Assembly: GCA_964016885.1 (NCBI GenBank)
Contig: OZ024746.1
Coordinates: forward strand, 42,284,001-42,348,000
Direction: 5' to 3'
Length of the DNA stretch: 64,000 bases
DNA from: Eledone cirrhosa
Taxonomy: Eukaryota
The position numbers and the translations under genes were made by a program. The notes beneath the pieces are model-generated. The model did not search any database. It was not told the origin of the DNA and saw nothing but the letters and a program-made list of their open reading frames with translations. This document shows, piece by piece, positions 38,970 to 53,032 of this stretch (the stretch's first letter is position 1; the number at the start of each line of letters is the position of its first letter).

Positions 38970-40540
38970 TTCATCATCATCATCATTATCACCGTTTTAC
39001 GTCCGTTCTTCCCCGCTAGCATGGGTTAGACGGGTTGTCCTGTTGGGGGCAGTGTCTGGTCGGCTGACCATGCCTTGCTCATACAGGAACTGATTTGGCT
39101 TGATTTCTACAGCTGGATGCCCTTCCTAACACCAACCTCATTTACAGTGAGTGCTGGGTGCTTTTTTGTGGCGCCTACACGTCCACTTTACAGTGTGGGC
39201 TGGGTGCTTTTTTGCCGTGGCACCTCCACGACTACCTTGCAGTGGGGGGTGTGGGGGCATATTGTCTATATGCTTCAGCTTGTACCCATGGGAGGTCGGG
39301 TACTCTGTATTACTGCGTGAAGCCAGTGGTCACGGTCATGTGTCATCGCCTTTGAGAGGTGTAATTGGGTAAGGTCGGCTTTTATCACCTCATCCCAGAT
39401 CATCTTGGGTCTCCCCACTCCGCGGTTTCCATTGACTTGTAGTGCTCTGCACCTTTTTATGCAGCTGTCATCCTTCATACGCATCACATGTCCATACCAG
39501 CACAACCGCCTCTCCTGCACACAGCATTTGATTCCTCTTATGCTCAGTCTCTCTCTCAATTCATTTATGCTTTGTCGTTCACATCCATCAGAGCATGCAG
39601 GCTTCGTTTCTCTCTAATCTACGTAAGTCTTCCACCTTCAGCGCCCAGGTCTCACTACCATGCAACATTGCTGTTCAGATACACGCATCATACAGTCTGC
39701 CTTTCATTCTGAGGGAGAAGCCTTTTGCAGCTAGCAGTGGTAGTAGTTCCCTAAACTTCTTCCATCCCGTTCTTACCCTAGTTGTTGTACTTTCTGAACA
39801 CCCACCTCCGCTGCTAATTCGGTCACCTAGGTAGCAGAAGCTGTCTACTGTTTCTACAGAGCCCTCCCAGAGATTGGTGGTACTTGTTTCCTGTGGCTGT
39901 TTGCTGCTTGCTGTCCCAGCACAGCTGCTGCATGTGAAGCCTACATTCTTAATTAAGCTTCCTGAGATCCCGCTACATCTCTTGTGTACCCATTGTTTGC
40001 ATTTGGGGCAGAGAATGGAGTTCCTACCTACACCTTTCCTACATACTGAGCAAGGCTATTTCTCTGAGGGGATATGGGTTCTGTTTTCTCGTCTACTTAC
40101 AAGGACCTTAGTCTTTGTCATGTTGACTTTGAGACCCTTTCTTTCTAGTCCCTGCTTCCAAGTTTGGAATTTATTCTCTAGTTCTACCATAGATTCAGCT
40201 ATAAGTGTGAGATTATCAGCATACAGGAGTTCCCATGGGCATCCGGTCTTAAACTCCTCCGTTATTTCCTGCAGGACTATGATGAACAGGAGGGGCTAAG
40301 AACAGAGCCCTGGTGGACCCCAACCTGTACGCTAAATTCCTCGCTATACTCATTGCTAATCCTAACTTTGCTGACTTCTCCCCTATACATGGCTTGTACC
40401 GCTTTCACAAGCCATTCATCTACTCCTAGTTTTCTAAGAGCCCACCAGATTACAGCATGTGGAACTCTGTCAAAGGCTTTCTCAAGGTCGACAAATGCCA
40501 AGTAGAGTGGCTTACTTTTAGCTAGGTACTTTTCCTGTAG
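38970..40540 (-). mobile_element. 5'-truncated RTE LINE (family C)
   Basis: [30 protein letters not shown]; WYGHVMRM; distinct 3' UTR shared with 48470-48875. Confidence 0.92.
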
Positions 40541-41090
40541 CGAATCCAATTTTCTAACCACTCATCACTTCACTGATCTATATCATAATGTTAATCTACC
40601 TATTAAATGGCCTTGAATTTATACCTTAATAAAGAAATTGTGTTTTGTCACTGAGAAAGCGATATAACTGTTTCAATAAATCAACCTAGTTAATAACAAT
40701 TTTTATTTCACAATGATTATGAAATAAAAATTTAATATTACGTATGACAGTGTGACATCCATATCAAAATATAATTACTCCAGCCATGCACACATGTCTT
40801 AGATCATTTCAACTTTTACTGGTTTTACTCATTGGACTGTGACTATGCTGTGGTACCACCTTTGAATATTTAGTCAACCACATTAATCTCAGTAGTTATT
40901 TCAGTCTGGTTCTTATTTTATTAAGTTTTATTTAATGAACTCTATACTACAGAACATAACTTAAATACAAGACCTATTCCATTTTAAATTGATGTAAACA
41001 CAAACATAAGTATTGATACAGGCACATGCACACACACATATATATTTATATAAATAAAGTATGGATATCTATATACTCATATATATATAT

Positions 41091-41330
41091 ATACAATATA
41101 TAGAAGGGAAAGACACAGAAGACTGTGTTTTTCTTTACAGGAATTTTTCATATGCCTCTATTAGCTTATATTCTCTTCATGCTGGTGGTTTGAAATTCCT
41201 GTAAAGAAAAACACACTATTCTGTGTCTTTCCCCTCTATATATTGTATTTTAAAGTGCCCAGGAAAACTCTTTCCTTTGAGCTCATTTAATTACGGGATT
41301 ATTCACGAGTCCTTTGCTCCGTTATTTTAC
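41091..41330 (+). repeat. Fold-back element (55-bp arms) plus unique tail in (TA)n
   Basis: Arms 41091-41146/41192-41247; no intact ribozyme core seen. Confidence 0.7.
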
Positions 41331-41432
41331 TATATATATATATAAATTAATAAAAACAAAGAAACGGTTCTTTATATTAAAAAATTCATTATTTTACGAT
41401 CGTTTCTAGGATATATATGTGATATATATGTG

Positions 41433-41564
41433 ATTATTTCTGAAGACAGCATATATATGTGTAGGTATGTATATTCCCTCTGATAGTTTGTAAATTTTTT
41501 ACATAGATCTATATGATATACATACCAACACACATATATATCCTAGAAACGATCGTAAAATGAT
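41433..41564 (+). ncRNA. Type I hammerhead with 99-nt stem II, in fold-back element 41343-41755
   Basis: attattt-CTGAAGA-[hairpin]-GAA-ACGATCGT-A-aaatgat; homologous to 25438-25588. Confidence 0.75.
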
Positions 41565-42142
41565 GAATTTTTTAATATAAGGAACTGTTTCTTTGTTTTT
41601 ATTCATTGTTTTTATTAATTTATCTTGATTCTGTTTTCCTGTGATTTTCATCGAAAAAATGTTTGAATACATCTTCTCTTTTCATGATATTTGGATTACA
41701 TTGAGTTCTCCATACGGATTGGACACTACCGTACATTTTGGTAGATTTATCTACATATATATATATACATATATACATATGAGTCAGGTTCGATCCACAA
41801 ACAGATCGCACATCGAGCTATTCGCCGGAGAAACATTTCTAATACGTAATAAACTTGTGTTCCAATGCATCACTGATTCTTCGTTTTCCATATTATTATC
41901 ATCATCATCATCATCATTTTACGTCCACTTTTCCCTGCTTGCAAGTCATGTTGTGGGCAGTGTCCGGTCATACAGGAACTGATTATATATATATATATAT
42001 ATAACTGATTATATATATATATTCAGAAGATCCCATTTTAGGTTGAAAGCAGAAATTGTTTGATTAAACTTTTAATCGGTGCTAATAGTTTATATGCATA
42101 TGTATATGTGTGTGTGTGTGTGTATGTATATATATATATATA

Positions 42143-42522
42143 TAAACCCCAGAGTAACAAAACTCACCACATAGCTCACTCAGTCCACACTGTAAGTGTG
42201 GTTGGCATTAGGAAGGGCATCCAGCCATAGAAAACCAGCCATTACAGTTCTATATGAGCAAGACACTGTCAACCAACCAATCCTGCCACAAACCCATCTA
42301 ACCCACGCTAGCGTGGAAAATGGACATTGCTGTAATGTGGCCGTGTAGGCAACACGGTAAAAACCTCCCAGCCCCACACTGTAAATGTGGTTGGTGTTAG
42401 GAAGGGCATCCAACTGTAGAAAACCCGCCAGACAGTCCTATGCGAGCAAGACAACCACTCTTGCCTCAAGTGGGAAAACCCCCGTCCAAACCCATGCAAG
42501 CGTGGAACACGGACGCTAAGCC

Positions 42523-42556
<34 letters not shown>

Positions 42557-42794
42557 CATGATATATATATTGATATATATAATATAATCTTGATATATAT
42601 CCTCATATAATGACCATTTTCCACGCTAGCGTGGGTTAGATGGGTTTGTGGCAGGATTGGTTGATTGACAGTGTCTTGCTCATATAGAACTGTAATGGCT
42701 GGTTTTCTATGGCTGGATGCCCTTCCTAATGCCAACCACACTTACAGTGTGGACTGAGTGAGCTATGTGGTGAGTTTTGTTACTCTGGGGTTTA
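42143..42794. repeat. ~180-bp near-identical inverted duplication enclosing an RTE-A 3' end
   Basis: Arms 42143-42323/42614-42794; RTE-A tail at 42328-42557. Confidence 0.85.
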
Positions 42795-42989
42795 ACCAGT
42801 GTATTCATAGGATCATCAAACAAGAGTCTTGGTCATGTCTGATGATCTTGTATGTACAGATTCCAGAGTAGCAAGACTCATTACAGATATAATAAAGAAT
42901 ATCTAAATTTTACTTTGGTAAAGAGAACCCATTCTCACATCCGTCAATATCACACAGGTATATTACATATATATGTATATATATATATG

Positions 42990-43170
42990 TATAGGAAAAA
43001 GTATGACCCCGACGGCTATTTCTGGACTTGAGTCCAGAAATAGCCATCGAAACGGCTTGAGCTCTGCCGTTGGGGTCATACATTTTCCTATTTCCCACTC
43101 TACTACCCTAAGTTTTGAGTACTCTGGTGCATTATGGTCCATCTGGTTCCTTACCACAATTCCTTTGTTA
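42990..43170 (+). mobile_element. Fold-back element, family of 16043-16236
   Basis: gacggctatttctggac-ttga-gtccagaaatagccatc-GAAACGGCTTGAGCTCTGCCGTT; same tail as 16159-16236. Confidence 0.75.
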
Positions 43171-43194
43171 TATATATATATATATATATATACA

Positions 43195-43457
43195 CATAGG
43201 ATTGTAACGTCAAGTTACTACAAAATGGGTACTCAATACGTAGTTTCCAGTAAATATAGAGGTGTAGTACTAAGCAGAGTGTAAAAATAATAATAATAAA
43301 AAGGATGATTTGTTATGTCTTCCTTACGTTTATTGAGTAGTGACACACGTTTCACTATTGATCAGCTCAAGGTTTGATCTGTATCGATCTAGCCTGACTC
43401 TGGAATCAAAAGCTTGTCGGACTTCTGTTGTATTACTGAATAAACATGACGACATAA
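43195..43457 (-). mobile_element. Older fold-back element with HHR 3' half
   Basis: Arms ~43290-43345/43428-43457; minus strand GAA-ACGTGTGT-C-actactc. Confidence 0.5.
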
Positions 43458-43487
43458 CAAATCCTCCTTTTTATTATATATATATAT

Positions 43488-43530
<43 letters not shown>

Positions 43531-44224
43531 GCAATGATGATGATGATGATGATGATGATCCCAGAAGGTTATGGTTACCCTATATTTATCTTAGGCATGT
43601 GGTTATAGCAATGCAAATTTAAAAAAAAACAATTTCAGCATTCAAACATGGAAAAACTGAATCTGCAAAGGGTTACTTTTTCTTATCAGTACACTATACA
43701 TAATTCTTGACATATCTAAAGTATTATATTTGAAAGGGGGGGAAATGCATCTGTTAAATATTAGAACTGAATTCAGACTATTGCATTTTGATATGGGTGA
43801 AATGTTTCCAATTATTGGATATTAATGAAAATAAAAATACATTTGTATTTAAACTGACAACCTTCAATGATGCTAGTGAGTTCTTTACCTATAATAGAGT
43901 ATTAGAAGAGCAAGCTTTATGTATGCCAATCTTAATTAAACCATGAATTTAAAATATAACGTCTAAAAATATCAAAATGTTTTATTTGTTTGTATAGCAT
44001 TATAATTTTAAATCGATTCATTTTGATTGTGATTTTATATGAACAATTTACAAATTCTTTTATAAAGGTACATTAAGCATGCAGAATTGTACCAAGCCAC
44101 CTGAGTAGAATGGTATTAATTTTTGCATGGCTTTCTACAAGAAAATAATGCAATGAAAATTGGCAATATTTGCACTCTGTAATCTGGTTGTACATCTATG
44201 GTAAAGACAATAATCAAGGTTTAA

Positions 44225-44424
44225 CCCTTTAGCATTTACATTACTCAATATTTACTATTGTATTTTCACAGTAATGTCTTTATCTCCCATAATTATCTCA
44301 CATAATATTGAAGCTATGAAATTTTGATGTTACTTATTTTGAGAACAATACCTTAAGATCAGTATGAGTGGCCAGCTGATTTCAACAGAAAGAGGTGAAA
44401 CTATTCAGTTTAAATGCTAAAGGG
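44225..44424 (+). mobile_element. piggyBac-type MITE copy
   Basis: TTAA-CCCTTTAGCATTTA...TAAATGCTAAAGGG-TTAA, perfect TIRs and TSD. Confidence 0.9.
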
Positions 44425-47400
44425 TTAAATGATTGTGATAATATAAACTCTGCTAATCTTATTACACAAATATGATAATGTAATATGGTTACATTTAGAA
44501 TTAAAATGGATTCATTTTATTTGTTTTGGTACTGGTTTCATGTCTCAGTTCATAGTAGTGTTTTTTTTTCCTGTATTTTTTTTTCTAAATTCAGATGTTT
44601 TAGAATATAGGCCAGGTTTTCAATTTAATGTGTTAGAAAACTGCATCAAAAGTCATGAAATATGTGACATTTACCATTAGGAATATCACTAAAACTACAA
44701 AAATATTTAGTACAGTTCAAATTTGCAACACCTACTGATGTCATAGTTTTTGCTGATATTTTAGCTAAATTCATAAATTGTTGATTCTTTCAAATGTTAG
44801 CTTCTGAGAACTTTATTTTTTCAGTATAAAATTATTTTATGTTCAGAAAAATAAGTGTTCATTTATCTTTTTTTGCCAACAGTGTATTTAACATGTAAAA
44901 TAAAAATAAAGAAATTTGGAAAACTGCAAGAGAAATTATTTCAACATCCTTGTCTAGCTAACTGGAGTTATTTTAATGTTGCCACAAGCTACACATTTAT
45001 CATTAAACAGAGATCTAGTCTAATAGATACGCAATTCTGAAATTTGAACCCATTTGTAAAAATATTTTGGTAGTTTACATGGATTTTAAGAATTTAATTC
45101 TTCTTCTAAAAGAAATGTGTGGGAGTAAGAGATGGAGGGAGAGAGAAAGATTCTAGCAAAGAAGGTGTAGTCATTCTAACTAAAATTGTTTAATAATGAT
45201 GTCTTACATAGGTACATAGTCACATTTTTTGAGGAGGAATATTGTCAATTATACCAACCTCAATACTTTAATGATGATGATATATATTAAAAACTAGTGT
45301 TTTGGAGCAACAGAATCACTGTTAGAACAACGTATGAGATTTTTTTGTTCATCAAAAAGTAGATTTCTATAATCTTAACATTTCCTTATATACATGGAAA
45401 TAATATATGATATACATATAGCAAAATGAATTATTCTTGTGTTCAAAGTGAAGCCATAAGAAACCAAGATTGAGTAGAGGTTTAACTGACTAGCTAACAT
45501 ATACTTTTGGGTGTATCAATACTAAAGTATTGCATGGTAAGGCTTCTTGTTGATCAGGCTATAAGTCTTTTTTGTCATACTGACAATAGAAAACAAAATA
45601 ACATATCTGTTTAGAAAAAATCACCTTTAGAAATTCATTGTGTATTAATAGACTTCACAAAAGTAGTATCCTATATGCACAAACACTCACGCATATACAC
45701 CCGCTCACTCATACAAACATACAAACGTGCATACACACATACAAACACACACACACACAGGCATACACAGGCAAACACTCACATGTACACACAGAAACTC
45801 ACACACACACATATATACACTCACACATACACACACACAAACACATTTACACTCATACAGTCAAGCAGCTGCATTTAAAGCTGAATATTTAAAGTATCCT
45901 GAAATCTAGCTATGCTTGTGGATATTCAGGATGCATTTCATTTTGGAAAGTTATTTCTGACATGAGGTGAGCCTGTCATCTCTTAGAAGAATTATATTGA
46001 TGTGTCAGGCTGACAGCAATTCAGTCGTATGATTTCATAACCATTTAGCTTCCATTTGCTAATAGACACAAGCTTAAGAAACCAAGTGGAATCCTAATTA
46101 ATTAGTCGGATTTAACCTATCCTTTAACTGCCACAAATGTCACTTCATTAACTAAGGTCTGTAGACATTCTATTATTATTATTTGAATACTATCTATAAT
46201 TCTGTCAGATTCTATTATTCAAAGTTTTTGTGGGAATTTAGATAAATTCATTTATTTAGTTAGTTAATAAATTGAAAAGTATGGTGGAATCAATTTGATA
46301 ACACATGAACATTAAAATTATGTTAAGCACTTCTAGATCAACATATTGGTTAAGTGATATTGCATTCAATACTTTATCTGAACTATAACTGTCTGTACTA
46401 AACAGATAGTGGAAATGTGTGTAGAAATAGCAGTTTGTAGTACTAAAACTGCACCTAAAATATCATACCAGATTGAAACTATCGATTGAAAAATCTTGTT
46501 ATATCATGATTGTAAAACGAAGCCACCAACAAGATATTTTATTATAGTAAGTGCCAACAAAGCTAGGTTCTGCCAATGTTTGAAGTATTTCTAAAAAAAA
46601 AATCACTTTTATTACTATGTATTTTCATATATGTTGGCAAACAATCTGAAGCAAGAGATATCACTGTCTTTTGAGGATCCAAATGGAAATATAAAAGAAC
46701 GGTAAAAAAACCTCATTGCTCCCATAGTTTTGCCAAAACTTTTGGTCATTTTCCAAATGAATTTTAGCTAAATTCCATTCATACATTTCCTAATGGGTCA
46801 TGATCACCTATAGGAAAGAAAACAATATAGATAAGATATTCTACTACTAGTGTATGGGTTGTAAGTTCAAATTGTGTTTATGAGAAGGTCATTTTATCCT
46901 AGTTCAGAGGAGTAAGTGCCAGAACATCTGGTACTTGTGACAGATTATTATTCTTGTTTGCTTAATACTACAGAAATTTGCATTAAGAAACAGCATCAAT
47001 GATCTGCATGGTACATGAAAGGATTGAAGTATCTCATCACCTATTCTCTTTCATTTTAGTCATTATCAATCCTACTAACTAATATTATTTCTAACCAGTA
47101 ATGCACTGGGTAATTGCTGGCCTTGTGCCTAAAGTAGAAACAATTATTTCCAAACTAATTAAAAATACTCTTTAAAGAGAATAGCTTGAACAATCTACTT
47201 AGTTTGCCTCATTGAGCACTAAGCCATTGCAATTTTCAGACCAATTATTTGAATGTTTAGCTTTGTGTGAAAAATCATGTGTCCACTACCACATAAAAGA
47301 AAACTCTGCATTATATAGTTAATCAAATCATCAATTAATCTTACTTTTTTTTTAAATATTGCTTAATAATAGAGAGAACAACAAGAGTTCTATGTTATTT

Positions 47401-48469
47401 CTTGTTACACACTAATGAATAAATGATAGGTAAAAGATCCCTACAACTTCTTATATAGTACTGCTTCATCAAGACCTGAAGCAAAATCAAATCACTTTCT
47501 AAATACTCATATATTACATGCAACATTTCCACAGCTGTTTCTAAAAGTGAGCTGAAGCACCAAATCTAAGTCCTCTTCCCCTAATCAATAAAATATTGTG
47601 GTTATGAACATTTTATCCATATACCCAATATATAATTTTTTCTGCTATCCCACCTTGCTTCAAAATCCAAAGATGTTTGAGAAAAAAGAATTTCATATAG
47701 CCATAACTCTATATCTTAAAATATTTGGCCAAAATCCTAAAAAATTTCATATCATCTGCTAGATACTGTCATGAATTTTCTACCCAATTAATTAATAAAA
47801 CTACCATCCTGTGTATCAGGTAGAATCCAAATGGGCATTTAGTTAGTCCTTTTTATCTCTAAAACCTAATGGTTATTAATTAACAAAATTACCTGAGGCA
47901 CAAAGAAATATAAAAAAAAAATACTATATGAAAATTCAAAAGCATTTAAAAGGAAGTCAATCACCCACCTCCATCTAAAATAATGTAATCCTTTTTTTCT
48001 GTAAGGCTACTTATGATTTTTTTCATTTCATTATTTGATGATTTTTTGCTGAGAAATCTGAAAATATTTTGTGGTAACAATTGAACAAACTAAAGATTGG
48101 AAAATTGGTAATTAGTCTAATTATTGATTAGAAACAGCTCTGACCAAAATACCCGCTAGAAAATGGGTGTTGTCAGGTTAAAGTTTTATATAAATAATTA
48201 TAACAAATGGTAATCCTTGTTATTTTATTTAGAAAACTAAAAAGATAATAAGTTGAAATACGAATCTAAACTATAATAATGTAAATAATTGAGGAAAATC
48301 CTTTTTCCTCACCTATTCTCTATCTCTCTCTCTACACACACAGTCATCATCATTCATCATCATCATTTTACGTCCGCTTTTCCCAGCTATATATATATAT
48401 AAAGTCTTTACTATAAAATGTATCTGCCAAGAAAATTTACTTACTGCGCCTGTGCATCGAGCGTATATA

Positions 48470-48872
48470 TATGGGATGAGGTGATAAAAGCCAACCTTAC
48501 CCAATTGCACCTCTCAAGGGCGATGACACACGACTGTGATCTCTGGCGTTATGCAGTAATACAGAAGACCCGACTTCTCATGGGTACAAGCCGAAGCTGA
48601 AGCATATAGATAATATGCCTCCACCCCCTCTCACTGCAAAAAAAAACCAAGCCCACACTGTAAAGTGGACGTGTAGGCGCCATGGAAAAAAAGCACCCAG
48701 CACTCACTGTAAATAAGGTTTATGTTAGGAAGGGCATCCAGCTGTAGAAATCAAGCCAGAATCAGTTCCCGTATGAGCAAGACAAGGTCAGCCGACTGGA
48801 CACTGCCCACAACAAGACAACCCATCTAACCCATGCTAGCGTGGAAGAACGGACGTAAAATGGTGATGATGA

Positions 48873-48875
<3 letters not shown>
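48470..48875 (+). mobile_element. RTE family C 3' end
   Basis: WDEVIKANLTQLHLS..DLWRYAV; 3' UTR matches 38990-39300. Confidence 0.88.
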
Positions 48876-48917
<42 letters not shown>

Positions 48918-48944
48918 AAGGTAGATAAGTTTTGTTTATGTATA

Positions 48945-49260
48945 GCAGGAATTTATTTGCTTTAACATATGTTTCTGTGTCTGTTAAAATTGTCTACATA
49001 TGCTGATTACAATATATATTGTTCAATCATATGCAATACTTAATTATTTAGAATTCCTGAATTCTACAGTGTAGTGAATAGTTACTTCCATAATTATAAG
49101 CTTTCTGATGAAGTGTGATAAATAATTAAGTATTGCATACGATTGAACAATATATATTGGAATCAGCATATGTAGACAATTATGCAATATGTAGACACAT
49201 GTCAAAGCAAATAAATTCCTGATCTCATTTCTCGCTGATGTTTATATTTTTGGGGGTGCA
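48945..49260 (+). mobile_element. Fold-back element with long-stem-II hammerhead (49100-49208)
   Basis: Arms ~48945-49050/49120-49221; gcttt-CTGATGA-[~80 nt]-..ACATGT-C-aaagc; inverted arm preserves GAA-ACATATGT-T-aaagc. Confidence 0.65.
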
Positions 49261-49681
49261 ATATATATATATATGTGTGAGTGTATATATATATATATTT
49301 ATATATATATATATTTATATATATATACACACTCACATTAAAGGACTTTTATAGTTTGATAAATTCTTTAAGTATGAAACTCTCAGTTCTTAATTCATCG
49401 ATGTAGCTACTCAATTATATATCATCACCATTTAACATCTATTTTCCATGCTCACATGAGTTAAATGTATTGTCATGTTCTGAGGCTAGACAGATTAGAT
49501 GTTCCCTTTCTGCCATTCTGTTTATATACCAACACAAGACCAAGAATGATGGAATCATTCTACTCACATAACTTAAAGTGGCTGTTTGCATGATTGCAAA
49601 CGAATTGAAAATTGTTATTAATATTCGAAAAACTCAGATTTACATTTCTTGTATTCAGCCATGTAGAGCGATAAAACTATG

Positions 49682-49715
<34 letters not shown>

Positions 49716-50620
49716 ATGATGATGATGATGATGATATATAAACACCAAAGAATCAGTGTATTTTCAAAATAACATGTTTCAGCCGACCAAAACTTCGTGT
49801 TGTGGTCATAGAACTGCAGTTAAAAAAAACTAAAAATTTAAAGATTTTTCTTGGAAAACACCACTAAACCATTGTTTCAAATAGAATAATTACAAAATTT
49901 ATAAATAGAATAATTACAAAATTTATACACAAAACTATGTCATAACGTATATATCTAACTATAAGGGTTGAATGTTGGCAGATTGATTTAATGAAGAAGG
50001 GAACTCTCATTCTGCTGTAAATAATAGCATGTATATACAATCCATAAGTTTAATAAGTATAGCAATAAAACTATAAATTGTAAATATGTAAAATCTGCAA
50101 TAAATAAATCTAACTTAGTAAACATCTTAATAACGAACTTGAGTAAATTTAATGGTCTAATATCAATACGAAAGTAGATGTGTAATCAGCAGTAAATAAA
50201 TAAATAATCGTAAAATTTAAATCTAAATCAGCATCGATTCCAACTACAGACTACAACTGATATTATCAAAACAAATGTTAACAATGTCTGTCATCTCCCT
50301 TAAAGTATATTCTCAGTATTTCATTAATGAAAAACTCCATTTAATCATGACTCTACGTATGTAACTCTCTCACAAAACATACCATATCTGTACAGCCACC
50401 ACACTCTAACTATTCTTAAACTGACTATCGAACCTACTGTCTGGCTTTTGTTCTCAAAAACGTTTGTTTGAAAAAGATTTTAAAGTAATCCTTTTAGTTT
50501 TTCTTGCGAAGAAAACCTATAGTAGTTGCAGATTGCTCGAAATCTCGTACTTTCTTGCTGTCTGTCGTTGTCATTGATATATGAGTTTAGAAACTGTGTG
50601 AAATTTCGATATGCAAAAGT

Positions 50621-50782
50621 AAACTCTGATGAAACCGACCTAGAACCGACTCTTGAAGGTCAAATTATAAAACTATAAAAAGAAAAACGTCAAAATTTAG
50701 AATTTAAAATTTTGAGGTTTTTTGAACTGCAGTTCTATGACCACGGGACGAAGTTTAGGTCAGTTGAAACATATGTCAGTTT
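50621..50782 (+). ncRNA. Type I hammerhead with 133-nt stem II (element ~49740-50830, inverted arm 49745-49850)
   Basis: aaact-CTGATGA-AACcGACCTA...TAGGTCaGTT-GAA-ACATATGT-C-agttt; canonical GUC site. Confidence 0.8.
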
Positions 50783-51014
50783 GAAAATGCATTGATTCTT
50801 TGATGATTTGAATATTAGTATATAACAGCTCTGCATGAACCCCATTGCATTGCACTTCTAGCCACCTGGTAAAGTTTTAATACTCCCCTTAATAATAATA
50901 TTATCATTGTTATTACTGTTATATATATATATATATATATATATATAAGTAGTAACACAACAGTTAGTTCACCATACCGAGAACAATTGCTTCACCTTAT
51001 ATATAATAGGAAAT

Positions 51015-51369
51015 ATAAATTTAAATAATTTTTAAAAGCCACACAATGCGTTATAAAATTAAAGGTGCCAAGATAACGATAGAATTTTACCTTAGCAAAT
51101 TTAATAATCCCAAATATTTAGGGGTTTAAAAACTGGTTGGAGATGAGTTGTTGTTAGGATGGCAGATTTAATTTAAATTAAATCTGCCTTTCTAACAATA
51201 ACTCATCTCCAACTGGTCCTTTAACACCTTCACAGGGATACTTGATAATGGGTTTTTAAATCCGAAATCATTTGGGGTGATTAAATTTACTAAGGTAAAA
51301 TTCTTTCGCTATCTTGGCACCTTTAATTTTCTATTTCATTGTATGGCTTTTACAATTAGTTAAATTTAT
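51015..51369. repeat. Nested double fold-back element
   Basis: Outer arms ~51015-51133/51253-51369, inner palindrome ~51135-51213; degenerate CTTGATAA-tggg..tcc-GAAA. Confidence 0.7.
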
Positions 51370-52814
51370 GTATGTGTATATGTATGTATATATTGTCATC
51401 TGTGTGAGATAACCATGTATACCAGTACGTGTAAAAGAGAGAGTGCGAAGGAGGGAAGGAAATAGATAAAGAGATAGAAAGAATGAATTTCAGAAAGTGA
51501 GAGATAAAAATCAAACAATATGCAGAGAGCTAGAAATGACATTTGTTTTACTTCCTTCTCAACTGTTTTTTTCTCTTTCCTACAGTCACTTCCACTTATT
51601 CATTCCTTCTACAAAAAAATCTGTTTCCCAAGTTCAGGACACCAAATAAAATATATTTTTTTATGGAATATTCTGTGCCTAATTCTGTGATGGGTTGGCC
51701 CACCCTTGCAAAGTAGGGGGTAAATATTCATTACCATTGTAAAGTAGAATAATTTGTATTCAAAGCTAAGTCTTCATGAGTTACAATTCATAGTTTCTCA
51801 TTACTGATCCCCAAGTAATTAGATCTTCCTTCTCCTCATCATCACTCCCATCCTCTTCATCCTCATCCTACTCATATTCCTGATCCTGATTTCATATCCA
51901 TCTTTCCATGCTGGCATGGCTTGGCTAGAACATAACAGTGTGGGACTAGATATATTAGGGAATCATATGTTGCTCCTATGTTCCATTTTTTGGCATACTT
52001 TCTACAGCTGATTACCCTTCCTAATGCCAACTACTTTACACAGAACACTGGGTGTATTTTATCATGGAATCAACACATTTTGCAAGACTAAGGGGCAGTC
52101 ACTAGACACACACATATATATATGTATATATATAATAGGAATTTAGATTGATACAATACTATAACACGATAATGCATAGAGGCATAAAATATTATTTCAA
52201 TGTTATAAATATGTGTGTGTGTGTATGTATGTATCCCAGGTTCAATTGGAGGTAACCACAGTAAGTAAGGTACTCAATAGAAGCCATTTCTTCTATCAAA
52301 CATTATATATATATATATATATATACATATATATACACACACACATACATATACATAATATATGTGTCTATCACCACCATCATCATCATTTAAAGATCTA
52401 TTTTCTATGTTGACATGGGTTGGACTAGGTAGTACTTAATTGTAATTCATGTCCTCTCGCCAATGAGCCAGGGATTCACATCTTAGTTACTTTCTAGTTT
52501 CTACAGTTGAATGCTCTTTTTATTTCCTTTTATATTCACAGTAACACATGGAGCAGGATGCTAAGGAGCACTGTCAGGCAGGGACCACCCCTACTTAGGG
52601 ATTAATTGTGTCCTACATAATCAACAACTGGATGATGAGTACTTCTTCACTCCGATATGTTTCAATATTCTAACTTCTTCCTACCCTCTCCTTTTCTACA
52701 CTTAACCTATTACCATTAGATTCGATGCTACTATTCATTAGAATAAGCACTTTCCTTTTCTTGTATTCTACTTCCAGTTCTCCCTATTTCTTTTATCCCT
52801 TTTCTTTGACTTAA

Positions 52815-53032
52815 CCCTTAAGCATTTAAACTGGCCGAATCCTGCCAGAATTCTCTCACCTATTTCTGTTCAGACTGGGTGTAACCGGCCGGTCATACTT
52901 ATGCTAAGTTATTGTTCTCAAAATAAATTATATCAAAATCTCATAGATTCGATATTATGTGAGATACTTATGTAAGGTAAAGCCACCATGAACATATGAT
53001 AGTATATATAGAGTAATGTAAATGCTAAAGGG
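52815..53032 (-). mobile_element. piggyBac-type MITE copy
   Basis: TTAA-CCCTTAAGCATTTA...TAAATGCTAAAGGG-TTAA. Confidence 0.85.

Noticed and set aside
44430-48300. Long AT-rich non-repetitive region
   Set aside because: No ORF, repeat or structure recognised apart from a SINE tail (~47095-47145) and a CA-rich tract; treated as ordinary intronic or intergenic DNA
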